A DNA stretch of 62,037 nt, filler included, from Choristocarpus tenellus KU-1152 (taxonomy: Eukaryota; Protista; Phaeophyceae), in the NCBI GenBank assembly GCA_964200185.2. It is 11 parts of 11 records of this genome, joined end to end, with 100 filler letters (N's around TTAATTAATTAA, not from the genome) between each part and the next. Parts side by side here need not be neighbours in the genome. Positions count along the whole stretch, not along the records: positions 46,336 to 53,934 come from CAXNAD020005897.1; positions 54,035 to 59,359 come from CAXNAD020011152.1; positions 59,460 to 62,037 come from CAXNAD020026602.1; 8 more parts are not named here. One strand, written 5' to 3'. The translations under genes and the position numbers were made by a program. How positions within the stretch are numbered: position 1 is the stretch's first letter; each line of letters opens with the position of its first letter. Positions 50,980 to 62,037 of this stretch are shown in pieces. The notes under the pieces are model-generated. The model had not been told where the DNA came from. It saw only the letters and a program-made list of their open reading frames with translations, and searched no databases.

Positions 50980-53120
50980 CGGTGGAGAGGGCAATAAAAT
51001 GTGTGGAGAACCAGGCAGCTGCTTTGCGAGAACTGAACCTCGTGGAAGGCAATCTCACATCTGAACTCAAAGCATCTCTTCGAGGCAGAGGGGTGGATGG
51101 AGGAGTTTGGAAGGATGTTGATAATGAAGATCATCATGATGATGCCACAAGCTCTGATGATGGATCAGATGGGGGATTGGGGGAGGAGGGTGGAGGGAAG
51201 AAGAAAGCGTTCTCAAAGTGAGGCATAGACTTTAGCTGTTTTGATGCCCCCCCCCCCCCCCCCCCTTTCCCTCTTTTTCACTTTTTTTTTTTCTCTCTGT
51301 GTGGCGAAAAAAGGGAAAGGGGGGGGGTGTTTNNNNNNNNNNTTTGTTTCCCCCCCCCCCCCCCCTTTTTCCCGCTGACACACATTGAGATTCACTTGGG
51401 TTAGAGTAGAACCAAGGATAGTTGGGGGGTTATATTAGAAAGTTATCTGTAAATTTGCAGTATTTGTGTAAAGTGTGTGAATAGATGTTCAGTTCTGTGC
51501 AGTAGCACTCTGACAAAGAGCAGATAAACAGCTCTAAATGTTTTGTATTTGTCTCTATTTTGATATTGCTTGGTACAATCTTCTAGTGCATCATGGCTGG
51601 GATTAGCATGAGTATTGTCATGTATTTATATTGCAGGAGTGGCTCCACCTTAAGGTGCCCTGTGTTCCAGTCAATCTGACACACCTTATCGACTGACAGA
51701 CCCTAATCCGTTGAGGCAAGTGGTCGCCACTAGAGGCATCCTACGTTTAGCAGCAGCCCAAAGTCGTAATTTTTCCTTCACAGTATGTTCCACGTTTCGA
51801 TGGCTTACATATTTTTTGATGGCGAAGGGATACTGCCCTGTCATTGCACTGTGTATGCAGTTTTCGGTGTGGAGAATGGTGGTAACATAACACGAATCAA
51901 TAAACTGATGTGCTTCAACTAACATTTGTTTGCACATAAGGACTTGATGCATAGGCATGCGAAAATCTGTTGTTATTTTTTCCCCTGTGCAGAAAATTTT
52001 GAATATCCTCTTAATTTTTGTGAGTTACCTCCCGTGAGTTACCTCCCGTGAGTTACCTCCCTTCACTCAGTCAGAAATTCGGCATTAATGGTGGGAGGGC
52101 TGGTCGGCCGTGGGATCAAGGCTGTCGATTGCCTTGCCCACTTCGTCCCCACAATATTCTGTAGTTTCCTCTCCCTAGATGTACGTACTTGTCTCTTCCT
52201 CTAGGACTCTTCAAGGTTTCAGACTTTGGGGTCTAAGGTACCATGAGCTAGCTCTAAATTGACCAAATAAGCCAAGAATGTCACATTTCTGGGCTAGTTT
52301 CAGTCATGTTAACCTGTCAGTGGCATATTGCAGAACTTTGCTTCCCTTTTCATGTTTCCGTGATGGACACAACACTGCTTCCACGTGTGTTTGCACAATT
52401 AGCCCTCATTGTCAATCAACCCCTCGCCAGTAAACTGTGCTCTTCTCCCAGTGGAAAGATATCTTTGAGGGAGAGCGTGCATGTGTGTCTATGTGGGTTC
52501 ATCGCCAACATCAACACTAATGATGTACTCATCAGTCTCTCCTTTGGGTTGTAGCAATTGTAGTTTAGCCTCTCTCTTCATTTCGTGATCCTCTGCAGGA
52601 TACATTGTACCGTATATTCCATGTAGGTACTACCCACACAGAGTCACTGCCCCGGAGAATTTGTTGGTCCTGCTGTAATGGCGAAGAGAAAGGGCACTCA
52701 ATCCCCTTTGCTAGGCATCGCTGAAGTGTGGGAAGGAAGGTCCAGCCACATTGTCGCTGTGTGGAGGACTCAAGCAGGGTCCTTACACTCCGGCAAGATG
52801 TACCTGTCAACACATTGTGCCCGTTGGTGTTCTAATCTCTCCATTGTTTTCGTGAAAACAGGGCAGTCCCATATTTTAGTCATTCCACTGTTCGACAACA
52901 ATATCGGTGAAAACTCCTCTCGAGCTTAAAAGGAGACTTCTCTTTTTGGTGTGCCGTACCTAATTCTGGCCCTCTCCCTAACCCTAACCCTGTGAAGGTA
53001 CGATGAGAAGACTACGAAGATGTTAACGGTTTGGTTTCTGGAACACAAGGAGTGGCCGTATCCCGACCAGGAGCAGAAGCTTCGGTTGGCCAAGGCCACT
53101 GGCCTATCGTCGCTTCAGAT
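50980..53120 (+). CDS. TALE-class homeodomain transcription factor, partial; exons 50980-51217 and 52998-53120. Probable upstream exons at about 49300-50700 are unresolved; the helix-3 exon was not found.
   Basis: GKKKAFSK|YDEKTTKMLTVWFLEHKEWPYPDQEQKLRLAKATGLSSLQI: W..eH..PYP TALE loop and K..LA..TGL...QI; phase-2 junction consistent. Confidence 0.85.
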
Positions 53121-55434
53121 GTGAGTTGCAGTCCCTGTATCTGTACGTTGTGTTGATCGATCGTCTTGTTTCTAGAATAAAATGGTACCGGTTTGTTTGT
53201 TTGTGTGTGTGTGTGTGTGTGTGTGTTTGTAATGTAGATCACAACCCCCACAATAATTTTTTTTTTGCATCTCGGGTGGTATGAAGTGATGTACTGTACT
53301 CACTGCGCATGCAAGCAGCAATGTGAAATCCTTACGCATGTATGTATATATGTATGCGTGCATGCGTCCTTTTTTTTTTGTTGGTAAAGGTGGTCAACAG
53401 ACTCTCTCTTGCCTACACCACCATGAGAGGAACCTTAGCGCATCTGTTTCTGCAAAGCCTAAATTGTTTGACTAGCTCAGTTGATTGGCGGGCAGTGCTA
53501 TTGACCCACTGAGCACAAGCTCTCGCATTCTAACGGAAATTTCGAGCAACCAATTTTTGAATCCTTTGTTGTGTAGGTGCAGAGCGCAGAAGGGGAAGGA
53601 GGGCGAGCTATGGTTAGGGTTAGGGTGGTTGTGAGTTGCTGAGTGTGTGTGTGTGTGTGTTATATTGTAAGATGCACAACGATGTCCTATGTTCATCTGG
53701 ATGAGGTCTAAACATGACATATGTTTTTAGCTGTTGTGTAAGGGGTTTTATGAGCTCTCGCTTAATGCTTGAAAGTCTTGCCACCATTATTGCTAACACC
53801 TGGTTGTACCCCCCTCTAAACTACTGGTCTGTGCCTTGAAACCTGTTAAGCCCTGGAAATCATACAACCATAGGGGAATGTGTTGGTTCATGTTTGATCG
53901 CTGACTCCCCTAGGATCTGTCCCCCCCCTATTACNNNNNNNNNNNNNNNNNNNNNNNNNNNNNNNNNNNNNNNNNNNNTTAATTAATTAANNNNNNNNNN
54001 NNNNNNNNNNNNNNNNNNNNNNNNNNNNNNNNNNCACTTGCGAAGTGGGGGAAAAATTTCAACTTATCCCTATCCCAATCGCCCTGTCATGAAACACAAA
54101 AATAGAGCTACCCAGGAGGAAGTAGATCATAGCACTGGCAGGAATGGCATGGAGAAGAGATAGTTCAATTCATAGACATCAGAACTACGCCCCAGACACA
54201 GGGTCCCAGCCCCCTCGTCTTTTTCTAACTCTGTGCGATCCATCACCCCACCTCAACCCAGTATCTTACCGAGGGAAAACCAAGTTCCTGTTCCCGTTTG
54301 TCTTGTGGCACTTTGACACAAGAAGGTTGTCACAGCACTTGCACCACCAGCAACAATGGTATCGGTGGAGTGTCTCTAACCCAAGGAGAAGTAAATCCAG
54401 CTTTGTCATCCACCTACTCAGCAGAGTTCCCAGTGCCCTTGAGCAGAACCTTCTTTCTCATTTCCTTGAGCCACTCTGGCTCACACAGCTTCCAAACAGC
54501 TAGGGCCTGCTACAACTGTCGACTACTAAGATATTCTACACCCGGATTTTCGCTTAGGCGTTTCCTGAGCGCAATGGCACGCAGTCGCACTGCTCTCTTC
54601 CCCAACCTTCCCTTCGGCCGGCCACTCTCGTTCTCCCTTCGCCCACCACGACCAGGCTTCGCCACAGACTTCGTCACTGTACCACCTGGTGATGGACTCG
54701 CCGCTCTCTTCCTGCTTTCCCGAGGCGGCAGAGACTGCAGATCAGTGATCCGACGTGGTTGAAGACCTAGCCACGTTTGTGTGGTAATGCTTTCCATGCA
54801 TCTTCTCTCAGCGTCAGCGTCGCGGCCACGTGATCAATTTCGCGATTTGATTATGCTACTGCGCCACACTACTCGCACTTTCTCGTCACCTAACATCGCA
54901 CTGAGTGTCACATGGTACTTGCATTTCGTCACCTCTCGACAAAGAAGGTGCCGAGGGTAGATCCAGGGGGCAGAGTAGCCTCGGTGGCTCTCCTTGTCTC
55001 ACCGTTGCGGTTTACTGGTGTTTCAACAATGTCGCGTGTGTGTGCTCACAAAAAGTCTGCAAAAGGCGTTAAAATAATCTTTGGAAATCCTGCTTCTTTT
55101 TTTTTTCAGTATCTACACACCAGCCAAATTTTGGCAGCGACCTCTAACCTGGACCAGTTTTTCCCAAGGATTTCGACCAACCACTTGATTTTTGTCCGTT
55201 TTGAAGTCTTCACCTTCAAAATTACGCCCGAGATGTTCCCCTGCGTTTTTTCCATTACTTGATCGGGAAATAGTTCCCGTTCCCTGAAGCCTGTGTATTC
55301 GTGCATACAAACCTTCAAACCCTCTTGTCATACCCGTTCATTTGATATATGCAATCGTGTGTAATTGTTGTGGTGTTCTGGTGATAAAAAACGAGATTGC
55401 CATAGAGGGTGAAGCTACTGGTACCACCTAATTC

Positions 55435-56025
55435 GTGCCTCGGGCAGGACCTTTTAAAGCAGATATCACTGGTCACCAATATTTTCAAGTGTTTGTTGAC
55501 AAGAGCAGCCGAGACAAGAGGGTGTATGGATTGAAAACGAAAAACGCAGCGATGGAAGCAACCGCTGCCTATATTGACCAGATGGCCAGGGAAGGTATAC
55601 CAGTCAAATGCATCAGTGGGGATGGTGCTGGCGCTCTTAGGAGATCGGTGAAGTTCCAAAGGATGCTGGCGAACAACGGTACCCGATGGAGGAAATCTCC
55701 ACCAAGAACACCACGGAGCAACGAAATCGCCGAAAGAGCGATAAAGCAACTCATGGGGGCAGCAAGGAGTCAACTGGCAATGACTGGGCTGGGCAACGAG
55801 TACTGGTTCTTTGCCATCACGGACGTCGCCTTCAAGACTGGAGGCATGCCACACGAATACCTGGGAGGAGAGACGCCATGCGAGCGTCTAACAGGAAAAT
55901 ACTTCAACTACGACAGGCTTCGGACCTGGTGGAGTGAGTGCTATGTTCACCAGGACAAGCAGCAGAGGGGAGCCGGTTCAAAGTTTCACCCATACGCCAA
56001 GCGAGGTATAATCATGGGACACTGT
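55435..56025 (+). mobile_element. Ty1/Copia integrase core fragment
   Basis: YFQVFVDKSSR, ISGDGAG, SPPRTPRSNEIAERAIK, YWFFAI, TPCERLTG, CYVH..SKFHPYAKRGIIMG; no flanking protease or RT. Confidence 0.85.
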
Positions 56026-56432
56026 GCAAATCTACCTAGGGAGGTAATGCTATTTATTAGTAGTGAAGGCAAGAAGGTGTGAAGCCTCACATGACCCCTT
56101 TCGCAGAATGTGAAAAGAATGGGTAGTTGAAATTAGAAGAGTGACCTTTGTGGGATGTCTTCTCATTGCTTATTATTATTTGTGCTTTCGCTACCTATTT
56201 CAAATTAGCGAAAGGGAATGAATACCCATACATTCGATATATAATCCGGATGTACTATCTCATTAGTTACATCACATGGATTCAATTCAACACAATAATC
56301 GCATATACACAAAATAAGGTACACATCCCCGTCGGAGGCGCATGTACACTTCTCCACATTCAAGAGACAATTGTTCCAATTTTTGGCAATGCACGGTGAT
56401 GGTCGGTTTCTGGGCATGAGATAGGCATGGGA

Positions 56433-56570
56433 GAGCCAAAGTATCTTTGAGTGGTGTGGACAAAATGGCCAATCCCCCTCCCTCTTGGAAACTCTGACTT
56501 GGAAGGTTGGGTAGTAGGTTTCGGTATTTTCGGTATTTTCCAACCAAAAACACCTTTTGTTTGTACTGAC
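56433..56570 (+). mobile_element. Isolated left end of another CAAAGTATCT MITE
   Basis: GAGCCAAAGTATCT terminus; no matching right end seen. Confidence 0.45.
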
Positions 56571-56968
56571 ACACTGCAATCAAGGCATGATGACTCAGAT
56601 ATGAAGTGTCGTGAACTTGTTTGTTTCAAGCAGGAACTGTCACTGTGATTGTGGATATACACCAGAAACTTCTTGGAGAATGCGTAAGCAAACACCATAG
56701 GGACTCGACTACATACCTATGTCCGACTCTATTGCAAACATTTTGATGTGGATGACCATTTGGTTTTCATCTCCTTCCTGAGTTGGTTACAGCCCTGCAG
56801 CAGTCAACAACACTTCTTCCCAAAACATGGTAAATATATTAAGTCTATCTTGAGGTGAGTCCTGGCACTTCTATTTACATCTCAATAACACAGATTGGGG
56901 TGTTCTGCTGGAACTGAAAATTTCCAGTTGAAATTGTATGGACAGAAGATCAAATACAATCATCCTTA

Positions 56969-57143
56969 GGATCAAAGTATCTGTGTGTGTGTGGCTGCTG
57001 TCCATTTGGGGCCCATTTTTCCATTTTGCGATTTTTGGGTGATTTGGTTGCATGTGTTGGATGGATAATGGAAGTGCACTTTTCCTGGTCAGGGCTCAAA
57101 TGGACACCCTGGTGTAGACCCCCCCCTCCAGATACTTTGGGCC
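56969..57143. mobile_element. MITE family C copy
   Basis: GGATCAAAGTATCT...AGATACTTTGGGCC; flanks CTTA/TTTA. Confidence 0.8.
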
Positions 57144-58670
57144 TTTAGTCGGATCTGAGAGTATTTAACATGTCGAGGTGAATACTGATAACTTTGATCT
57201 CATACTTTAGAAACTGCATCTAGATTTTCACTGTTGCACATAACAAGTAGCACCTCTTAGCACTTTGACTACTGTCAAGTCTCTCTTCCCATGATACAAG
57301 CAAAGTGTTCTAATATTGTGTCTATTGACTGGTTTGGAGAAATCAAGGAGCTTTATCATAGAAATGTGACAGCCTTCCCTGGGACAGCGACTCAAATGTC
57401 TTTGCACTGTAAGTGATGCAGGTACCTTTGCTTGACAACAAGTCGGGCACTCTCTGCGAGGTATGAGTCAACGATTTGTGTCAATGCTACTTGTAGAGGC
57501 TGAACTTCCCAAATACATTGAAAGATGATGTTGAGTGGTGACCAATAGAGTGGACAAGGTCTGCACGAAAAACATCTTGGTTTTGTAATCGATGAGGGAA
57601 CGTGGCAGTGTGTTTTGTACTGGGTCTCCCTGTTCAAGGAGTTGGGACTGCATATGATATCATGATAGATGTGTGTATGATAAAGGACCTAGCACATGAC
57701 AGGCAATGACTTGTTCGAATAGAAGAAGAAAAAATGGCTGGAACCCACCTCAGCCTTCATCCTGTCCAGCCTAACTGCGACAGAGACATTGGTGGGGATA
57801 TCTAAGATGTCCGAGGAGTCCTCTGTTGAGATAGTTCCATCCCTGTGCACAACAGGGAATACTCGGCCTTTGTTACCTGGCCAAGTTGGGGTGCCTGTAG
57901 AAGCTGTGACTGGATCGTTAGGCACATTTGATCCAGGGCAAGGAACCTGATCAGCAGGACTCAAAATTCATCCTGTGGTAGGATACTTCATTGACAGAGA
58001 AACCATCGTCACAGTTGGTAGTCTATTTTGTTTGGAACCATTGTTCTGATTGGTGTTAAGATTGTTGGCTGTTGTGTTGGGACTAACACAATCAACAGTA
58101 CATGTACTGAGTTACGCAAACATGCACTTCCAATATTTTTTATTAGTGAATTCAACAAACAATTGGTCTCAAAATGAGGTCTGATACAGCAACGCATTGC
58201 CGCCTACCATCCTCGTCAGATTCAAAGAAATAAAACGTAGTCGGGTCTATAGCTGAGGGGGTGTTAGGCGTGCAAGAATACTTGCAGAGAGAAGATGAAA
58301 GGGAATGTGATCATTTTGTATGAATGCAAGATGTCGTGCTGATCTCCTGTCTGCATTAGAATAAATAAGGAGCTTTTCAGGCTGCCAACTGAAAAATGGG
58401 CTACATCAAAGGTTGAGGTCGTTGGTAGTTTGGTGGTATCACGTATGAGGGCGTGGTGAATCCCTACGGTTGATGCACCCTCACCATTTTACTCCTTTAT
58501 CTTTATACTTTCTTCTGCTATGCTGTAATAGGGTTTGCTGCCAACGGTGATGCTTTGGCATTTGGAACGACTCAATCCTGCTCAAGGACAAGGTTGAGTA
58601 GGATACTCTAAACCTTACACCTACAAACTTTGAACTATATATATAGAAAGGAGGGTGAATTGCACACTAC

Positions 58671-58798
58671 CTGTAGTAGTAGTCACCGGAACGGACAACT
58701 TGAACAGTCTTCCGAACCCACATCCTTCTTGCTTCAGTGGACACAGTCAGACTCAGCCAGAAAAAGACGAGCCATACCAACCAGGCTATTGACTTCAT
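58671..58798 (-). CDS. Possible first exon of a secreted or targeted protein
   Basis: MKSIAWLVWLVFFWLSLTVSTEARR... is signal-peptide-like and ends at AG|gtag; downstream exons could not be joined confidently. Confidence 0.35.
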
Positions 58799-59155
58799 GC
58801 CTGTAAAGAAGCAGGGAGGTTTGAGTCGAAACCCATGGGAGTCAAACACTATACTTATTCCGTGATACGCAATATTATTGACGAGTATTACTCGGGGAAA
58901 GGAAACCAATAAACTAACAGTGATTGTTCAACGAACGTCGATTTTTGACCTTCCTTGGCAATACTTGAGCGCTTTGACACATGGCAAGAACATACAAGAC
59001 GAGAGTTGTATTGGTCGCTACAGCGCTGTTCGGTCCCACTGCTTGCGGCGAGGCAGCTAACCAAGCCTCTGGTGGAGTCTCAGCCATGGCAGTAGATGAC
59101 AACACCATCTGGGTAAATATTTGCGCTTCTCTTTCCTGGGATACGAGGGTGCTTG

Positions 59156-59306
59156 GACCCAAAGTATCTGGGGAGGGGGAGGGGTCTATACCAGGTTGTC
59201 CATTTGGCCCAAAATCAGGAAAAGTGCATTGTATTATCCATCTGACGCATGGAACCAAATCACCCAAAAATCGCGACATAAAAGAATTGACCCCAAATGG
59301 ACAGCC

Positions 59307-59347
<41 letters not shown>

Positions 59348-59359
59348 CAGCCCCACCTC
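59156..59359. mobile_element. MITE family C copy cut by the contig end
   Basis: GACCCAAAGTATCTGGGG..gtctataccaggttgtccatttgg..ccccaaatggacagc + C tract. Confidence 0.75.
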
Positions 59360-59632
59360 NNNNNNNNNNNNNNNNNNNNNNNNNNNNNNNNNNNNNNNNN
59401 NNNTTAATTAATTAANNNNNNNNNNNNNNNNNNNNNNNNNNNNNNNNNNNNNNNNNNNNTCTGGGTTTTTGTGGGGGGGGGGGGGGGGGGCATGAGAGCG
59501 AGTCAACAAGACAATGTACTCGATAAATAGCAATTTGTGCAACTGGCCATGCAATGGTTCAATGAAGAGGATTGAGAACAAACACTAATGCTTTCATACC
59601 AGCAGGGTCCCCTAGCCCAAACAAAAACTTAC

Positions 59633-61779
59633 GTGGGATCCCTGCTCTCTTTCTCCAACCACTTCCTTTCGTCGAGTTCAATGTCCTCATAGGTCTTAGC
59701 ACACTCAGCAGCATGGACCACAGACAATGACTGCACAGACCAGTCAACCAATCCAGGCAAGGCAGGCGTCAAGGGCAAGAGACCGTCAAAATCGGGAGGG
59801 AGAGAGGAAGTATGGATGGTATGGCCACTATGATGTCAAACAAAATCAAAAACAACTGGGACAACTAGGCTTCCCATGCGAGGCGTGTTGCGTTGTAATT
59901 GCTGTGATAGCCCTGCTTCTACATGGACATAACTAACACGCGATTCAGTAGATATTTGACTTACTTCAAAATACTTCAACAGCACAGGGACCTACACATA
60001 TTTATATATATATATATATATATATTTCAACCCAATTACTAGTGTGGTTGTATGCACAAGCACTCATACAACAGATGCATCAATACATATATTCTGAGTT
60101 GAAACCTTCTCGTTGCTAATTGTATCTTTTCTGTGGTAAAATAAAATGTTTTTGAAGCAGCCTTTTGCTCTTACACCAACAAAATGTGTACTTTGACATG
60201 GTAGACAGTCTCTGTATTACCGTAGCAACACACACACACACACTCCGAAGAATAAACTCACTCTTTCCAAAAATCTCATTCCACAAATCTCATAGCTTTG
60301 CATCAGACAAACCAAGTCCTTACAAGTGAACTACTATTTTTATCAGGGAATGAGCACAAAGGGAAACCGCTTCAGTGGAGAGGAAACCCCCTATTGGAGG
60401 GGTAAAAATAAATAAATTGTAGCAACTGTTTTCCTACAGGAGGGAAAAAAAGCGGTCAAGCTTGTGTTTTTATTTATATATATTACATTCGATCAAGTCC
60501 ATAACTATGCCCATATCAGACTTGCTTACCCAGTGCTGATCTAAAACGATGCATCTCTGTTAGACCATGCAAAAGCAGATGCTCACATTTTACGTTTGAT
60601 TTATTCGAAGGTGCTGCGATACAGCCCGGTAAAATCATGCACTTTTCAATGTGAGACCTTCAACTCTTTCTTAATTCCATTCCTCCAATGCAACAGTATC
60701 AGCGGTACGATTGATAGTGCAACGGCATTCAAGGTAAGTGAATAAATCAAATCACACATTAAAAAAAAAAATGTTTGCATATTGGTTGTACACACACACA
60801 TACATCCACATGAACAAATTTGTTTCTTCCATGCATAGGTATGTGATTCAAAACATACACACACACACACGCCACTTAAATACTACGAACACCAGTATAC
60901 TTTGTTACCACTATCGATACATTACGATACTATCCCGGTACATTTTGAATACAATCAAATATCTACACAAACATGTACAACATACACAAAAACATGCCTC
61001 TAGACAGATAGCCATTTAGACATGGCCATACATGCATGCATACATACACATATAAATAAATAAAATAATATATGTATTTTTCTTCTTAAATGTTTCAAAT
61101 CTGCTGCACATCGCCATCTTCATTTCTTGATACCCCCTTCACAAATCTCACTAAAAGACATACTTGGAAAGTACTTACACTGAGCAGAGGTACTATCACG
61201 CCACATACATACCTGGGTCTCCGCCGCAAGGGTGAAGGCAGCAGTGGCCTCCCTCTCCGTGACGTCCCTCACGTACGCTGCCGGAGTGCCTGCCCAGAGC
61301 TGAGAGGGGGCGCAGCATCAAAAATCCGCGAGATCGTCAAGAGCACTGCAACAACAACAACAACCACAACCACAACTCGTCGCATGCACACAATTCTCTT
61401 CTTTTTCTTTTTTTAAAATTCCTACACCCCATCACACAGGACAAGTCGGTAATCACAGACCTACAATGGAAAAAAAAGAAGGGAAAGGACATCGATAGAC
61501 CAGAGCAGGCGCAACAAGGTCTTCGCAATCAGCAGCAATTGGTAATCACACACATCATTATCAGACTCTTTCCTGCAAGCTCAAATGGCGCCCAAGTAGA
61601 ACCCCCTATACAGAGCACACCACTCACCTGCCCCGAAGGAACGTTTGTATTTGACAATACAACAGACCCAGGTGCTACAACTGCTCCCTTGGAAAGCTTG
61701 GCTCCATCCATTACTGTCGCCCCCGCTCCCACCCAGCTCTCATCCTCAATTGTGCAGGCATGGATTGTAGCCCTTGGGC
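59633..61779 (-). CDS. Gamma-carbonic anhydrase-like protein (mitochondrial complex I type), partial; exons 61779-61628, 61299-61213, 59730-59633
   Basis: GPRATIHACTIEDESWVGAGATVMDGA..GAVVAPGSVV..VPSGQ|LWAGTPAAYVRD..|SLSVVHAAECAKTYEDIE: hexapeptide repeat plus C-terminal helix. Confidence 0.9.
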
Positions 61780-61855
61780 CTACAAAGTCAAGAGAGGAAG
61801 GTTGAGGGGGGGGAGAGGGAGGGAAAAAGAGGGATGAGGAATGGGCAGATGGATA

Positions 61856-62037
61856 GGGTCAAAGTATCTGGGGGGGGGGGGTGTCGGCGTCCATTTTTTA
61901 CACCTTTTTTCGATTTTCACTTTTTGGTGTGACTTGGTCGCACGTGTCAGATTTGAAATGTTAGCAAAAAAAAGTTGTTTGATCGAAACGGACACCGCCT
62001 CACAAACCACCCCCCCCCCCCCCCCCCCCCCCCCCGC
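61856..62037. mobile_element. MITE family B copy (reverse orientation relative to 47458-47638)
   Basis: GGGTCAAAGTATCTGGGG..ggcgtccattttttacacc..tggtcgcacgtgtc. Confidence 0.8.

Noticed and set aside
54653-55293. hAT element bounded by caggcttc/gaagcctg
   Set aside because: Only an 8-bp inverted match and no target-site duplication.
7420-59459. Recurrent TTAATTAATTAA motif flanked by Ns
   Set aside because: Artificial contig linker, not biology; ORFs ending in X..LIN are artefacts.

Overview
Eukaryotic, intron-rich nuclear DNA. It is most likely an ochrophyte alga (brown alga or close relative), inferred from a bipartite plastid-targeting N-terminus ending in a ...DAF motif, intronic TTAGGG hexamers and gene content. 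The window is not contiguous: 11 contigs are joined by ten artificial 100-nt spacers (44N-TTAATTAATTAA-44N), so neighbourhood across spacers means nothing. Host genes assembled by hand from GT-AG exons are: PAP/fibrillin (-), AP-3 sigma (+, complete), stomatin-like SPFH protein (+), an unknown low-complexity gene (-), NAD-dependent methylene-THF dehydrogenase (-) head-to-head with an EEF1A lysine methyltransferase (+), a TALE homeobox gene (+) and a gamma-carbonic anhydrase-like gene (-). Mobile DNA includes a decayed Ty3/Gypsy pol, a decayed DIRS/Ngaro-type tyrosine-recombinase retrotransposon, a Copia integrase fragment, a pogo-like end, and about 14 MITE copies sharing a G..CAAAGTATCT terminus with 4-bp TSDs (Sola2-like). 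The most notable object is a 2.9-kb element with 50-bp TGT...ACA inverted termini and a perfect 4-bp TSD (Ginger-like). It has no transposase but carries a duplicated module of intron-like tracts, each ending in a strand-specific G:U-containing hairpin just before an AG.
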